Assembly (NCBI GenBank): GCA_050084515.1
Contig: CM114271.1
Span: 39,308,001 to 39,372,000, forward strand
Length of the DNA stretch: 64,000 bases
Source of the DNA: Blasia pusilla
Taxonomy: Eukaryota
Direction of reading: 5' to 3'
Shown: piece after piece, positions 25,485 to 37,860 of the stretch
Layout: each line of letters begins with the position of its first letter
How positions within the stretch are numbered: the first letter of the stretch is position 1
Made by a program: the position numbers and the translations under genes
Notes under the pieces: generated by a model
What the model saw: only the letters and a program-made list of their open reading frames with translations
Told to the model about the DNA's origin: nothing
The model's database searches: none

Positions 25485-25940
25485 CTACATCATGACACAT
25501 ATAAAGAGTGACTTTGCCCCAAGCCTTAGCCATGCTAATAGTGCTCCTCTATCCTCCCTCCACATAACAATGTCTAAAAATTGCACATACATATGGCGAT
25601 CTTCTAAGCGGAGTAGCCAATTCCTAGTCTGCCTTTGTCGCCTATTTGGGGTCCAATAACGGTCAGAGTAAGCATGAAAGTAACAAATGTTTGCCCTTGC
25701 ATATTGTGGGAGGGCAAGGATACGGTCCGAGAGACTAGTAGGCCTGCTCATGGGAAAGATCTTGACCTTCACTTCAAAAGGAAGGCTCCTTAATCTGGAC
25801 AAAAAGTATCCTGAGTCATTTTGAACCATTGGTTTAAACGAAACACCCGCCATCACTCTGATGCCATCCAGAGACATGAAGGATGTTACATTCCTAAGAC
25901 TTCTCTCTTCATGGTGCACAAGGCTAGCCTTGTGCACCAT
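25485..25940 (-). CDS. Hypothetical ORF with F-box-like motif(s), probably degenerate
   Basis: 151-aa ATG-initiated ORF; LRSLPFEVKVKIF resembles the F-box start L..LP.E....IF, with a weaker second copy ILALPQYARANI. Confidence 0.3.
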   Translation of the reverse strand: MVHKASLVHHEERSLRNVTSFMSLDGIRVMAGVSFKPMVQNDSGYFLSRLRSLPFEVKVKIFPMSRPTSLSDRILALPQYARANICYFHAYSDRYWTPNRRQRQTRNWLLRLEDRHMYVQFLDIVMWREDRGALLAWLRLGAKSLFICVMM

Positions 25941-26014
25941 GAAGTTTTGTTGTCATTAAATACCGGGCAGTTGTAGCGCTACAACTGCCTGATATTTAAT
26001 GACAACAAAACTTC
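25941..26014. repeat. 74-bp spacerless palindrome with 2 mismatches
   Basis: gaagttttgttgtcattaaataccgggcagttgtagc|gctacaactgcctgatatttaatgacaacaaaacttc. Confidence 0.95.
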
Positions 26015-26420
26015 TCTCTCCATTCAAGTGAATACCCTAAATATTTACTAAAGTACAAAAGAGTAGTTCAAAACCAAGTAGACAAAGAAGTCACCATACA
26101 GATCGTCCACCTCTCCCTCAAGTATCCACCAATGGATCTTTTCATGGATTGGTACAGGGGATCTCTGATATTAAGGAGGGATTGTTTTTGTGTGGAAGAT
26201 TTTTGTTATTGCACTATATGACGCACATGTCCATTAAGATATCCAATAAGTTCCTACGAAAAAATCCCATGAATTTCAATCAGATTTCATACCTTTTTAA
26301 CCACGTCCAGGGAAAACATAGCTTCCAGATTTTTATGCATGCTTACTATATGCTGTGACTCCTTCAAAGCTCTACCAGCCACTAACGATTATAACACTTG
26401 AATCTCTGCACCAACACTTT

Positions 26421-26423
<3 letters not shown>

Positions 26424-26498
<75 letters not shown>
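26424..26498. repeat. (AG)n microsatellite
   Basis: About 37 perfect AG units, ending 1 nt before the copia LTR. Confidence 0.97.
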
Positions 26499-26499
<1 letters not shown>

Positions 26500-26503
<4 letters not shown>

Positions 26504-28326
26504 CTCATTAAGAAATATCGGTCGTAGCCTTGTGACCATAGACCCGGCGCCCTAGTTGGATGGTGCTTGAGACTGGGATGAGTGTAGAGAGAGAAGCAAG
26601 TGAAGAGTCCATAGAGGATCCGTGACCAGTCATGAGAAGCGGTGTTTGATCAGTTCTGTCTTAGAAGAGTGTCCAAGAAGCATTGTATTTCTATAGAAGG
26701 ATATCTGTGTGACTAGCAAGAGGTATCAAGCACGCGCCCAAAGTGTATGTGCTTTCATGTGCTTGAATTCTTACTCCAATTGAGGGCGTAAAAATTGAGA
26801 GGAAAGCGAAGTGAATCTTGTCAACTAGTAATGGCTCATCTTAGAGCTTCAGATATTCCTAAGTTTGATGGAACTTATTTTCAAGTATAGAAACAGAGAA
26901 TGATATTGGTTCTCAGATCTGAAGCACTTATGGAGATGGTAGAGGGAGCAGAAACGAAATCCCTAGAACCTGCTGCAGCAACTCTATGGATCAAGAAAGA
27001 TAGTCTTGTCTCCTCTATCATTGCAAACTTGCTAGAGAACAATCAATTCTCTCTCCTGAGTGGTTGCTCGACGTCTGCTAATGCCTAGAAAATAATGACG
27101 GATCTTTTCGAGCAAAAGGACCAGGTAACACAAATGTATCTAAAAGATCAGTTGTCAACATCAAGATAAGAGAGGGTGAAAGTGTACTAAAACACATTCA
27201 TCGCTTGACATCCATTCTGGATCAATTGACAGTTGTTGGGGCTGTCCTCAATGAAGAAGAGAAGGTTTTAGATCTTATGCGAAGCATGCCTCAAAGTGAC
27301 ATAAGTTTTTTGATTTCTATTTGGGTCGAGCCCAATTTGACTATGACAACTCTCATTCCTCAATTGTTGCAAGAAGAAACTCATATGAAGAATATGGGTG
27401 GGAATGTTGAGTCATCAACAACACTCTATATAGGTGGTAATCAAAGATTCAATCAAGGAAGAGGAAGCTAGAGGAAGAAGCTTCTGATCACATCAATTCG
27501 CTATTTCTATTGTAAGCAATTAGGACACATATTGAAGAATTGTCCTAAGAGATTGCAGAAGCTACATCACAATAATAATGTTGGGACTAAAATCTATGTA
27601 ACAACCTTGACAGCCTCAAATAGTCCAGATACAACTTGGTACGTGGACACTAGAGCCACTCAGCACATGGCTCGTGACCTCATCACATTCACCACTTTCC
27701 GAGCTAGTAATACAGATCAGCAATAGGTGGTGTATTTGGGAGATGACACAACCTAGCCTATTCAAGGAAGAGGGTTAGTAAGCATCAAGCTACTGAGTAC
27801 AAACTATCATCCCAGATGTGTTGTATGTCCCTGGTCTCAAGAAGAATCTGTTCTCAGTGGATCAATTTGATCAAGTAGGAGGACATGTCGCAATCAAGAA
27901 TCGTCGTTGTACCCTGAACAACAAAGCTGGGGTAACAATAGCAAATTGTAGGTCGAAGAACAAGTTGTATATGCTAGGTGAGTCCATAACACCTAAGCAA
28001 TCAACCAGAGATTCTACCTGCAAGGAGACCACTGCTCTCTCTACAACAACTAATGTTGTTTTGTGACATGAGAGGCTTGGCCACATTAGCCAAGCAAGAC
28101 TCATACCACTTCAAAAACAAAATTTTCTGAAGGGTGAAACTTTGACAACTTTCCTCTTTGTACCACATGCATCAAGTCCAAGCAAGTAAGGGAAAAATTT
28201 CCAACAGATGGTGGTAAGAGAGCTGAAGATGTTCTTGGCTTAGTTCATTCTGATGTTTGTGGACCAATGAGCACATGTACATTCAATGGAGCTAGATATT
28301 TCTTGACTTTTATAGATGATTTGTCA

Positions 28327-28406
<80 letters not shown>

Positions 28407-30700
28407 ACTGAAGCAGAAATCAGAAGTATATCAGAAGTTTTTAGTGCACAAAAACTTGGTAGAGAATCAGATAGGAAGAAAAATCAGATGTGATAATGGA
28501 GGAGGATACACTTCCATTGATTTCAATTCACATTTTCAAGAGCATGGGATTAGAAGGCAGTTTTCAGTCCTTCACACTCCACAACAAAATGGAGTAGCAG
28601 AAAGGAAAAACATCTGCTATACTTGCAATGCTAGAACAATCAGGTCTCGAAAAGTCTTATTGGGATGAAGCAATAGTGACAGCAAACTATTTGCAGACAA
28701 GATCACCAACAAAGGCTCTGGAGGGTGTTAAGACACCATATGAGGTTTGGTACAGAGAGCCTCCAGATCTTAGTCACGTTAGAATTTTTGGATGTACAGC
28801 TTTTGCACTAATTCCTTCTTCTCAGAGGAGAAAACTAGATTTAAAATCAGAAGAATGTATTCTTCATGGTTATGATGAGCAAAGAAAAGGATACATGTTG
28901 CAAAAGAAATTTGACAAAACCATCAGCACTTCTAGGGATGTAAAATTCCAAGAGGGCAAAGTGGCATTTGTTGGTTTGCGTAAAGAGGAGGACGATTCTT
29001 TGTTTGAGTTCCCCAGAGTCCTGGGGAATGATTTTAGTGGGAGCCTTACCAACTCCAGCATCGACTACCACTAAAGGAAAAGGTGTACTAACATCATGTA
29101 TGAGCACTCCAAGTACTAGTAAGAGTGCTAGTGAGATTCCAACATAGAGTGGTTTTCTTGATGTTGCACCACAACAAGTTCTGAAGGAGCCACAGATTGT
29201 TCAAATAGAGTCCAACAACAAAATTCCAACAAAAGCAAGTCGCTGGACCAAGAAGATCTAAAAGGGTTTCAAGGCAAGTGCAGAAATATGATGCGGCACA
29301 TCAAGAATCACACGCAAGGAATCAAGATAAGGAGAAGTTGACTCAGGGGTTAATGAGTCAACAAGAGAAGCATAACAATATTGAAGAACCCGAGACTTAT
29401 GAAGAAGCTCTCTCTGGGCAGCAAGCAGTTCATTGGAAGGATGCAATGGAACAAGAGCTCGAATCGATGAGGTTGAATAACACTTGGTCACTCACTTCAC
29501 TCCCACCAGGTAGAAAGCCCGTGGGATGTAAATGGATTTTAAAAATAAAGTACATGGCAGATGGGAGCATTGAAAGGTACAAAGCAAGATTGGTAGCAAA
29601 AGGCTACTCACAAGTTTATGGTGTAAACTACACTGAGACATTCTCACATGTAGTCAAACCAACTTCAATCCGAGTTATGCTTGCTCTAGCAGCACAATTT
29701 GATCTTGAAGTACATCAAATGGATGTAAAGATACATTTCTGAATGGTATACTTGAGGAGGAAGTATACATGGAGATGCTAGAGGGGGTGTCACATCCTAC
29801 TTGCCAAGATCAAGTTTGTAGGCTACACAAGTCCATTTATGGACTGAAATAGTCATCAAGACTATGGTATCAAATGATGGATAGATTTCTGATCAAAATA
29901 GGATTTTGGAGATGTGGTAATGACACAAATGTTTACATCCTAAATGATCAGGAATATTTTTGTTCAATTAGCCCTATACGTAGATGACGTTGTACTAATT
30001 AGTAATTGTACACCACAGCTAATATGTGTCAAAAGACTCAATGAAAAAGGAGTTCAGAATGACAGATTTGGGAGAAATCCATCATTTCCTTCAAATGGAA
30101 GTAACTAGGAATAGAAAGGAAGGATGGATTAGACTATCTCAAAGTAGGTATGTCAAAAATAAACTTGCAAAGTTTAAAATGTCAAACTGCAAACCTGTAG
30201 ATACACCAGTAGAATCAGGGAAGAAGCTATGAAGAAAGGATTCCCCGAGGAATGAAGAAGAAAGAAGCTTCATGAGAAAGATACCTTATAAAAGTGCAGC
30301 AGGTAGTATGATGTGGGCAATGGTTTGTACCAGGCCTGACATTTCTTTTGCTCTGAGTATGATTTCTAGATATGTGGCTGAACCAGGTCCAGCCCATTGG
30401 GGTGTTGTGAAAAGGATTTTTAGATATCTAAAAGGACAAACTTAGGACTTGTGTACATTAGGAAAAACAGCCTAGAACCATTGTATGGTTACTCTGATGT
30501 TGATTGGGGAGGTAATCAGGATGATCGAACATTAACCTCTAGTTTTTGTTTCTTGTTAGGACACGCAGCTGTATGCTGGGGAAGCAAGAAGCATAAATTT
30601 GTTGCTCTATCCACTACTGAAGCATAGTACATGGCTCTAACTAGAGCTCTCACAGAGGCAACTTGGTTACGAAATTTTTTAAGTGAGATTTGGGGTTATA
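26500..30700 (+). mobile_element. Ty1/copia LTR retrotransposon, degenerate and 3'-truncated
   Basis: Candidate 5' LTR TG..CA at 26500-26718, degenerate iMet PBS aggtatcaagc at 26721-26731, gag IPKFDGT from 26830, protease WYVDTRATQHM, integrase HSDVCGP/TPQQNGVAERKN, RT GCKWILKIK..YKARLVAKG..QMDVK, YVDD near 29977, RNase H to about 30690; copia domain order; no 3' LTR. Confidence 0.92.
28329..28404. repeat. (AT)n microsatellite inside the copia integrase
   Basis: About 38 AT units interrupting FIDDLSRY..YLLKQKSE. Confidence 0.97.
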
Positions 30701-30992
30701 CGACTTTGGGAAGCATGTGATCTGGGATGAGTTTTGGGGTTATGTTGTCGGCCATCAAGTAGGACTGGAACGCCAAGAGATGCATGGGAGTAAACAGTAC
30801 CCTACTACTCATAAATGTTTTTGTGAATCTACCAATTTTGCAGTAGGGAAACTAGACCACATCGAGGGTTTTATGACAATTATCATGAGACTAATTCGAG
30901 GACCTTGGTCCCATTTTCCAGAGAGATTGTCAAACCTTAGAGTTGGGGCAATAAGAAATAACGCCCATGGTTGAGTCGTCTGATGTTGGAAA

Positions 30993-31120
30993 TCAAGTTG
31001 GGTGGAAGGATTTAGGCGCACTAGATGTTGGGCATCAAAGAAGTACAACAATTCAAGTTGGGTGGTAAGGTTTAGGCGCACTAGATGCTCGTCATCAAAT
31101 AAGTGTAGTTGTTCAAGTAG
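30993..31120. repeat. 60-bp tandem repeat, about 2.1 copies
   Basis: tcaagttgggtgg..tttaggcgcactagatg..catcaaa.aagt at 30993 and 31053, with a partial unit at 31113. Confidence 0.85.
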
Positions 31121-32040
31121 GCCACGAAATTGACAGGATATGTCTCTTGAGTTGTAATGTAGGACATCAAACTAATTTGACATATTTTGGAACAAGTGAT
31201 TCCAAGAACCAAATGGATTTGGCAGAAACGAGAAAGAGAGACAAGAAATATGCAACCCGACTTCGTGAAATCTGTACCTGATCGGGTTTGTGCACTCTCT
31301 CCACCACAGTGTGCAATCCAAGGCCTTATCTGAACCTTTCATGAAGATGGAGCTGGCAAAAGTGATTTTCCACCATCGTAAGGCAGAAATCACGCGGCTT
31401 CCACGCTCGAGCTATTCAAGCCTTCAAGCCTTCTTCCTTCTTTCTCGCGTAGAAGTCCCGAGAGTATCAAAAGTGAAATAGCAAACTTGGACCAGAACAA
31501 TGTCTACCATGACAAAACAAAAGGAACTGAAAGAGCATGAGAGACCGCGCAAAAGAGAAAAGGCGCGTTCCCTGTATTCCCGCCTTGGATGACAGCATGA
31601 TTCAACAAAGTGCTGCAATAGCTAAAGTAGGTCTCTAGCTACTTAGGGTTAACTTGTTTTCCTTGTATTTTCATGTTATCAAATGATCTCAACTTTCTAA
31701 ACCTTAGTTCATTTTAGTCTTCTTTGGCAACACCTACTAGCACCCCTTTTATATATTCCATGTCAACCAACCTTATAGTGGCTTCCTAATAGTCTCAAAT
31801 AGGGCTTATCATCGTTCATAATAATAAAGAAATTCACAAAATATTGCCCAACATCTCTAAGAAAAAAAAACTCTTCCCTCCTCTATGAGTTTAACCTAGT
31901 CATTAAATGTGACTCGAGGATCATATGAGTCATTCATGAGTCAATTGACCTGTTTTAGAGTAACTAGGAGTAGTTCAAATGACTCTTAGTAACATGAGTC
32001 ACTAACACGTGGGTTTAAAATAGCCCCTTTTCTACTAGTG

Positions 32041-32470
32041 GAGGGAACTTACGAGCATCGATTACGCTGGAGAGAGCTTGGGAGAGGGAAGGGAGAAAGC
32101 TTTAGAGTTCATTCTCTCTTTCTTAAACCTCAAAATCATGGTCCTCCTTGCCTTATGAGTAACCCAAGCCTCTCAATAGGAGAGTGGTTTGGTTTGACCT
32201 CTGAGAGATGGAGATTGCGTGCACCATTCGAGTACTTTTGATTCACTGGAGATATTTTGGTTCATGATTATTTCAATATTCAAATGCCATGAGTGAGCAT
32301 GCTATCTTGTTTGTATGTGCTTATAGTCAATGACAACAATGTATGTTACGTAGCAATATGTATGCGCATGACAACATCGAGCACAAAATTAATTATACCT
32401 ATGGTGGGGATGTTTGAGCTACCTTATATAGTGAAGATACTCTTGCTACCTTACATAGATGTCATGACTT
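32041..32470 (+). repeat. 3' part of the split gypsy LTR (32041-32226) followed by a second LTR-start fragment (from 32247)
   Basis: ggagagagcttgggagagggaaggg..gtaacccaagcctctcaataggagagtggtttggtttgac matches the reverse complement of 11571-11780; 32247-32370 matches the reverse complement of 12043-12158. Confidence 0.75.
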
Positions 32471-33506
32471 ACTCGGTAAGATGTACTAAAATTGAACTCC
32501 CCTTAAAGCCATGTCCCATGGGGATTTGCAAACATTTATACGCCCAAAAGTTTTGGGCATCTGTCGTAACTACCAATGTCTTGGGAAATTTCAACTCTCG
32601 AATGGACAAATAAGTTGTTACTTGATCCTTTAGAAAAATGTGATCGTTGCAATGACCCGAGCGGCCATCCATAGATCCCGTCTGTAAGGGGCAGTCCCCA
32701 TGGAATAGAGAAGAGTCCTAGGTCAATGGTCCTCACACCGCAATTGTAATTACCAACATCTTCTCATCCCTTTTTTGTTTGAGCTCAAGTTTTCATTGTT
32801 GTTTCTACCACTCGATGATCATCCTTCCAGTGATGTTCCACGCGTGAATTTTACTTTGCATAAGAACCAAAGATAGGTCCTTAGGTCCAAGCAATCGTAG
32901 GAATCTCAAGCATCCGTTTTTTAAAAGAAGGATCCGGGGACCAACAAATAATCGCATGGGGACTCTATCTTAGAGTCCCCATGTCTACCTTCCTTTCCTG
33001 TCCTGCATCCAACGGGAATGGTTTGAAACGCCCCATATTTGCATGTGCACCACCAAGGTCGCCGTCTGCCCTCCTTCGTGAGAGTCCAGGCGTGTTGCCA
33101 GTTTTCCGTCCGTGGATGGATAGAAGGGACAGGAGGAGATCAAAACTCCCTCCGGTCCTTCTTTCTTCCCCTCCTTCTCTCTCCCTTACTTCCGTCTCCG
33201 GTTTTGTCTCCCTCCGCCCCTCCCTTCTTCCTTCTCCGGTTTTGTCGACTGCGAAAGCCGCTACGTCAAACAATTATCCTGTTTCGGAGAGTGGCCCAGA
33301 CTCCAGAGGGAGGACGAGCGCCATTCCTCCCCTCACCTCTCCACTCCTCTGGCTCTGATTCGATTAGAGTAGAGCTTTCGCGCAAAGCAGCTTGCGGTGG
33401 GGGTTGTTGCGAGTGCCACTGCGCAATCTGCAAAGTGAGGAAGTGGAATTGAATCGCGGCGGCCTGTGGGTCAGCAGGGAAAGAGCACAAGGGAGGAAGG
33501 ATAGTC

Positions 33507-35892
33507 ATGGCGATGGCGGCAACAGCACCGCATCAGCTCCGGCTGGGGTCGCAGAATGGCAAGGCTTGCGTAGTCGGCCTGCGTGTTACCCCCACGCGCG
33601 TCCAGCTTCCATTGAGGGGATTCGCTCTTCCCCAGCGCGCGCTGCGCATGACTTGCGTCCGCGCCGTCTCAGTTTTAGCCGAAGCTGAAGAGGTGTGTGG
33701 ACATGCGGAAGACAATTCCCTTCACTTGTTTCATTTTGTTCGTTTTGTCGAAGTTGAGCTCTCTGTCACTTTCGATAGCCACGTTACAGTATAATGGAAT
33801 GGGTATAGATGCGCCTGCAGCCTCCTTCTCTGCACTGCCATGACTGGGATTGGAGAGGCGTGGTGTCTCCGAGGTTTAGTGTACTGAATTTTTCGGGGTT
33901 TCTGACTCTTGGCTGAACGTCTCGGGGGTTTATGGCCGCGCGGAATTGTTTCGGCAATGCAGGAAATTGCTGAGCAGGCGGAAGATTCTGTGTTGGTCGC
34001 GACACCCCCTAAAGAAAAGGCCTTCCAGAAGGAGAAGGTGTGACCGTCGCTGAACTTCCAATTCTTTTCTTGAGCGAATACCAGTCCCCTGTCTCTCGCA
34101 TGTACTTTATTGTTCCGTGCTACCTCAATCTCGTGGAACGCCGCGCGAATGCTCTTTTGGCGATGGCACGTGCTCGCCATTTCCTGCATTCCTCTGAACC
34201 TCGGGGTTTCGATCGGGATCCATGTCTCATACTCCAGTGAGTGTGAGGTCGTGATGCGTCGATGAGAGTACCTTCGCAAAGTTCTACACATCATGCGGTG
34301 GGGGGTGAGGTCTAACCTTCGTGCACCTCTGTGTCCTCTCACAGGGTCGATCAAAGAGGTTCCTGGAAGTGCAGAAGCTGCGTGTGAAGAAGCAGGAATA
34401 CGACCCTTCCACAGCAATCCGCCTGTTGAAGGAGACCGCGAGCACCAAATTTATTGAAACCGCCGAGGCCCATATCCGACTGAACATTGATCCCAAATAC
34501 ACAGACCAACAGCTCCGAGCCACTGTAAGTTACGGGGACCGATACATACATCGAAGCCTGAAGATTTCAGAGCAATGCTTGTAGAGGTCCTGTGTAAAAA
34601 TCCTCTTGCTCCGGAACTAACCAGTGTTCCTGTGTGTATCACAGGTGTCACTGCCCAAGGGAACAGGGCAAGTTGTGAGAGTGGCCGTTCTCGCTCAAGG
34701 TTGTCAGCCCTTCTGTCGGATTCATGAAAGGATAGCTGTCACTGACTGTATTGAATTAACCAGAAAGAAGGTAGAGCTTTGTGCGGGGCTCGTACATGAG
34801 TTTGAAATATCCCATGACATCGTGCGGACTTGATTATCATAATGACAGGAGAAAAGCAACAAGAGGCGAAGACTGCCGGGGCTGATTTTGTGGGAGGAGA
34901 AGATTTAATCGAGGAGATTGCTGGTGGCTTCCTGGAGTTTGATAAGCTCATTGCCACACCAGATATGATGCCCAAGGTAATCAATCAGCCTACTGAATGC
35001 ATTTTGGAGTGGACGCAACAGCATCTGGTCATAGGCATAATTGAGATACAGGTAGAGGTTGTTGAGAAAACTGTGTATATCCGCAGGACTGAGGCAAGCT
35101 CAAATTGCAAATCCTAAATTGTAATCCTCTGGTCTGCGCAGGTTGCAAAGTTGGGAAGGTTGCTAGGTCCACGCGGGCTTATGCCCAACCCTAAAGCTGG
35201 AACCGTGACTGTGGATATCATCAAGGTACAATCACAAATGTTTTGCATCGCCTTTCTAGTGAAGATTGAGACCATGCTACTTTCCATGGTCGAGGTTTCA
35301 TTGTAAGAGATGATTCCTTTGGTGATGTTACCTTTTGTGGTGTCAAGGATGAAATTCTCTCGTGGTTTACGTATTGTGCAGGCAATAGGAGAATTCAAGG
35401 CAGGAAAAGTCGAATACCGGGCCGACAAAACTGGAATTGTCCATGTTCTTTTCGGAAAATCGAACTTCCCAGCTGAAGATCTGATCGCAAATCTCATAGC
35501 TGTTGCGGTAAGAGAAGATTGCACCCTTGGATTAAATTGTGTAAATGAATCCCAACTTATGTAGGGGTCTTGTCTTTACCTGTCTGTCTCCCAACACAGA
35601 ACCTTTCAGCCTCAAGAAGTAAGATTGCATGCAAACCTTATCATTAAGTTGCAGTCTAGCCTTTCAATATAAGATTTGCTAGCAATGTTCTTCGTGACAG
35701 GGAAACCATCACAGCATTTGATAGCTTGGTTGCTGATGAGTGTGGCTGTTTATGCAGAATTCTGTGGATGTCAACAAACCCACTGGAGCTAAGGGAGTGT
35801 ACTGGAAGACTTGCTACTTATGCACCACTATGGGTCCTTCCATTAGAGTAAATGTTTCACAGTTGAGGGACTTCAAATTGTCAGGTTCATAG
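33507..35892 (+). CDS. RPL1: 50S ribosomal protein L1 (uL1c), plastid-targeted
   Basis: 8 GT-AG exons (33507-33692, 33963-34037, 34345-34524, 34645-34699, 34849-34976, 35142-35225, 35382-35507, 35758-35892): transit-peptide-like N-terminus, [86 protein letters not shown]. Confidence 0.95.
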
Positions 35893-36719
35893 CTCGTTTC
35901 TTCAGTCCTAACTTTTAGGAATTCATTTAGGTAAATTTATACAGTACCAGGTTACACATCTGTGAGAGTAACGTTTGTGTGCGTATATTTTATAAAAATG
36001 CTCGATTTTGAGGAGCAAATGTAGCAGCCACTTTTTGTTGAAGCCACAAATATCCATGACTGTACAGTCTAGAATCTTCAGAGTTGAATTATTGAGTTAT
36101 TTCATAAAATTTGCCTTTTTAAATCCAGGCAAAAGGAGATTGTATGAATATGGCATTTGTCCAACTACCGTCTTAGACATTTGAAAAATATTCCAGACTT
36201 TTTTTTCAGTGAAGTGATATGGATAATAAGTGAACGCATCCCGGATTGAAGTTACACGTAGTGTGGAGTAAAAAGTGAACGTACCTCAACGTAAATCAAG
36301 TTACATTTCACGTGTGATAGAGGGTGCAGTTGCATCTTTAAAATACCTTGGGACTCATGCACCATTTCCCACTGTTCGAGTATTTAGTTTTTCCCATACA
36401 AAATTCAGAAGTAGACCCTTCCCCATTTGGGGTTTAATTGGCATGACGGTGGGATGTAAAAACTTTATAAATTTATAATGCCACAACAACAACCAATAAC
36501 ATAATTGCCATTGGCTGGATGAATGAATGCTAGCTCATAATTTCTGCAGTGTAATCCGCCAGGCAACTGGTTTGTACTGCTAATTCCAGAACCTCAGGTA
36601 AAAATAAAGGTGGAAATTCACCACCAATAATTGTATCACCCTCGGCTGCTCATTTGGAGCAGCAACCAAAAAAAATTCCCGGTTTTTAAGAATTGCAGGA
36701 GTTGGCCTGAATTGCCACA

Positions 36720-37860
36720 CTAGTCCCTGTCCAAAACCTTTTCAATGGCGACAGAGAATGCCGCGAAGCCTGCACATCCCAAACATGCTGCCTGGGGTCC
36801 AGCTGAACACATGCATAACGATTCAAGTAAGAAAGCTTCAATGTAGTATAAGATCGACCAACACAGGTAACCTATAATTCATCTTCCAGTAGTTGGGCAG
36901 ATTCCTGTATAAAATTAGAGAAGATTAAATTACCTCTGGCTGATAAAGCTCCACCAGTCACACATCCAGCCAAGGCAGTGTTCGTCACATCATGTTTCGC
37001 ACGAGCCTGCACTTATCAGGCCAGCACAACTGTGTAGGTCAGCTCCATCACACAATCTTCTGCAGTCTTTCCTGCGTCACAACACCCGCAATTGCTGCAT
37101 CAAATGCTTGGGTGTATGACTCTGAGTAGGTTACTTCCTGAAACCATGATCTTTATCACCCACTACAGCTCTCAGGCACATTTGAAGAAAACAAAGAATT
37201 TCAATCTTCGTGATCAACGATTTAAATCAAAGTAGAAACTCTAGTGAATAATCAGAAGTTTGCATGTCCCACCAAATCCTCTCCAATTTCTCCACTTCCA
37301 TAAACACGTATATAGAGATCCCCCAAGAGAAATCCTTGCAACCTAATCACTTGGACCCTATCACTGTGGCTCTGGGCTGCCTGAACTACAGTTGGATGGT
37401 CTACCTTTTCAATCACGCATTCAACTCCTGAAAATATTGCACCCATGACTGCAAAGGCCTTAGCCATCTGTATACTTTTGCTTCCCATCAACCGCGCTGA
37501 TGAAACTAGTTGCTGCTTGGTGGTCATTGTATCTGCGTGCATGGGTGTCTCCAATGCTCCAAACAATGCCCCCATGAAAATCCCCATGCCACCACCTGGA
37601 ATGTTGGCAATGCACTAATTAATTAGAAAAGGCCAGGATTGTAAGTTAAATCATTTGCCAAGGCTATGTGTTTCTCAAAGGTAGGATCACTCACCCATGA
37701 CACCACTGATGATAGTGCGTACAGCACAATTGTTGAACATGTCCTGCGCTTGAATCTCCTCAAACGAGGGTGGCCTGAAAGAGGGCCCTGACTCTGCGGG
37801 ATTACTCATGGATGCGGGTGGTGATGGGATAGCCTCTGAAGAAGCAGTTTCACTAGCCAT
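36720..37860 (-). CDS. TIM22: Mitochondrial inner membrane translocase subunit TIM22
   Basis: Exons 37860-37695, 37595-37405, 37006-36934, 36802-36720: [91 protein letters not shown]. Confidence 0.93.

Larger units (their letters stand above)
22618..32040. mobile_element. Putative CACTA (En/Spm-type) element with cargo ORFs and a nested copia; only the right end is recognisable
   Basis: 32028-32040 is the reverse complement of CACTAGTAGAAAA, preceded by clustered TGAGTCA/TGACTC subterminal repeats (about 31910-32001); LTR homology stops at 22617 and resumes at 32041. No left TIR and no clear transposase. Confidence 0.55.

Noticed and set aside
30993-31120. CRISPR-like repeat array
   Set aside because: Contiguous tandem units without unique spacers, in eukaryotic DNA with no cas genes.
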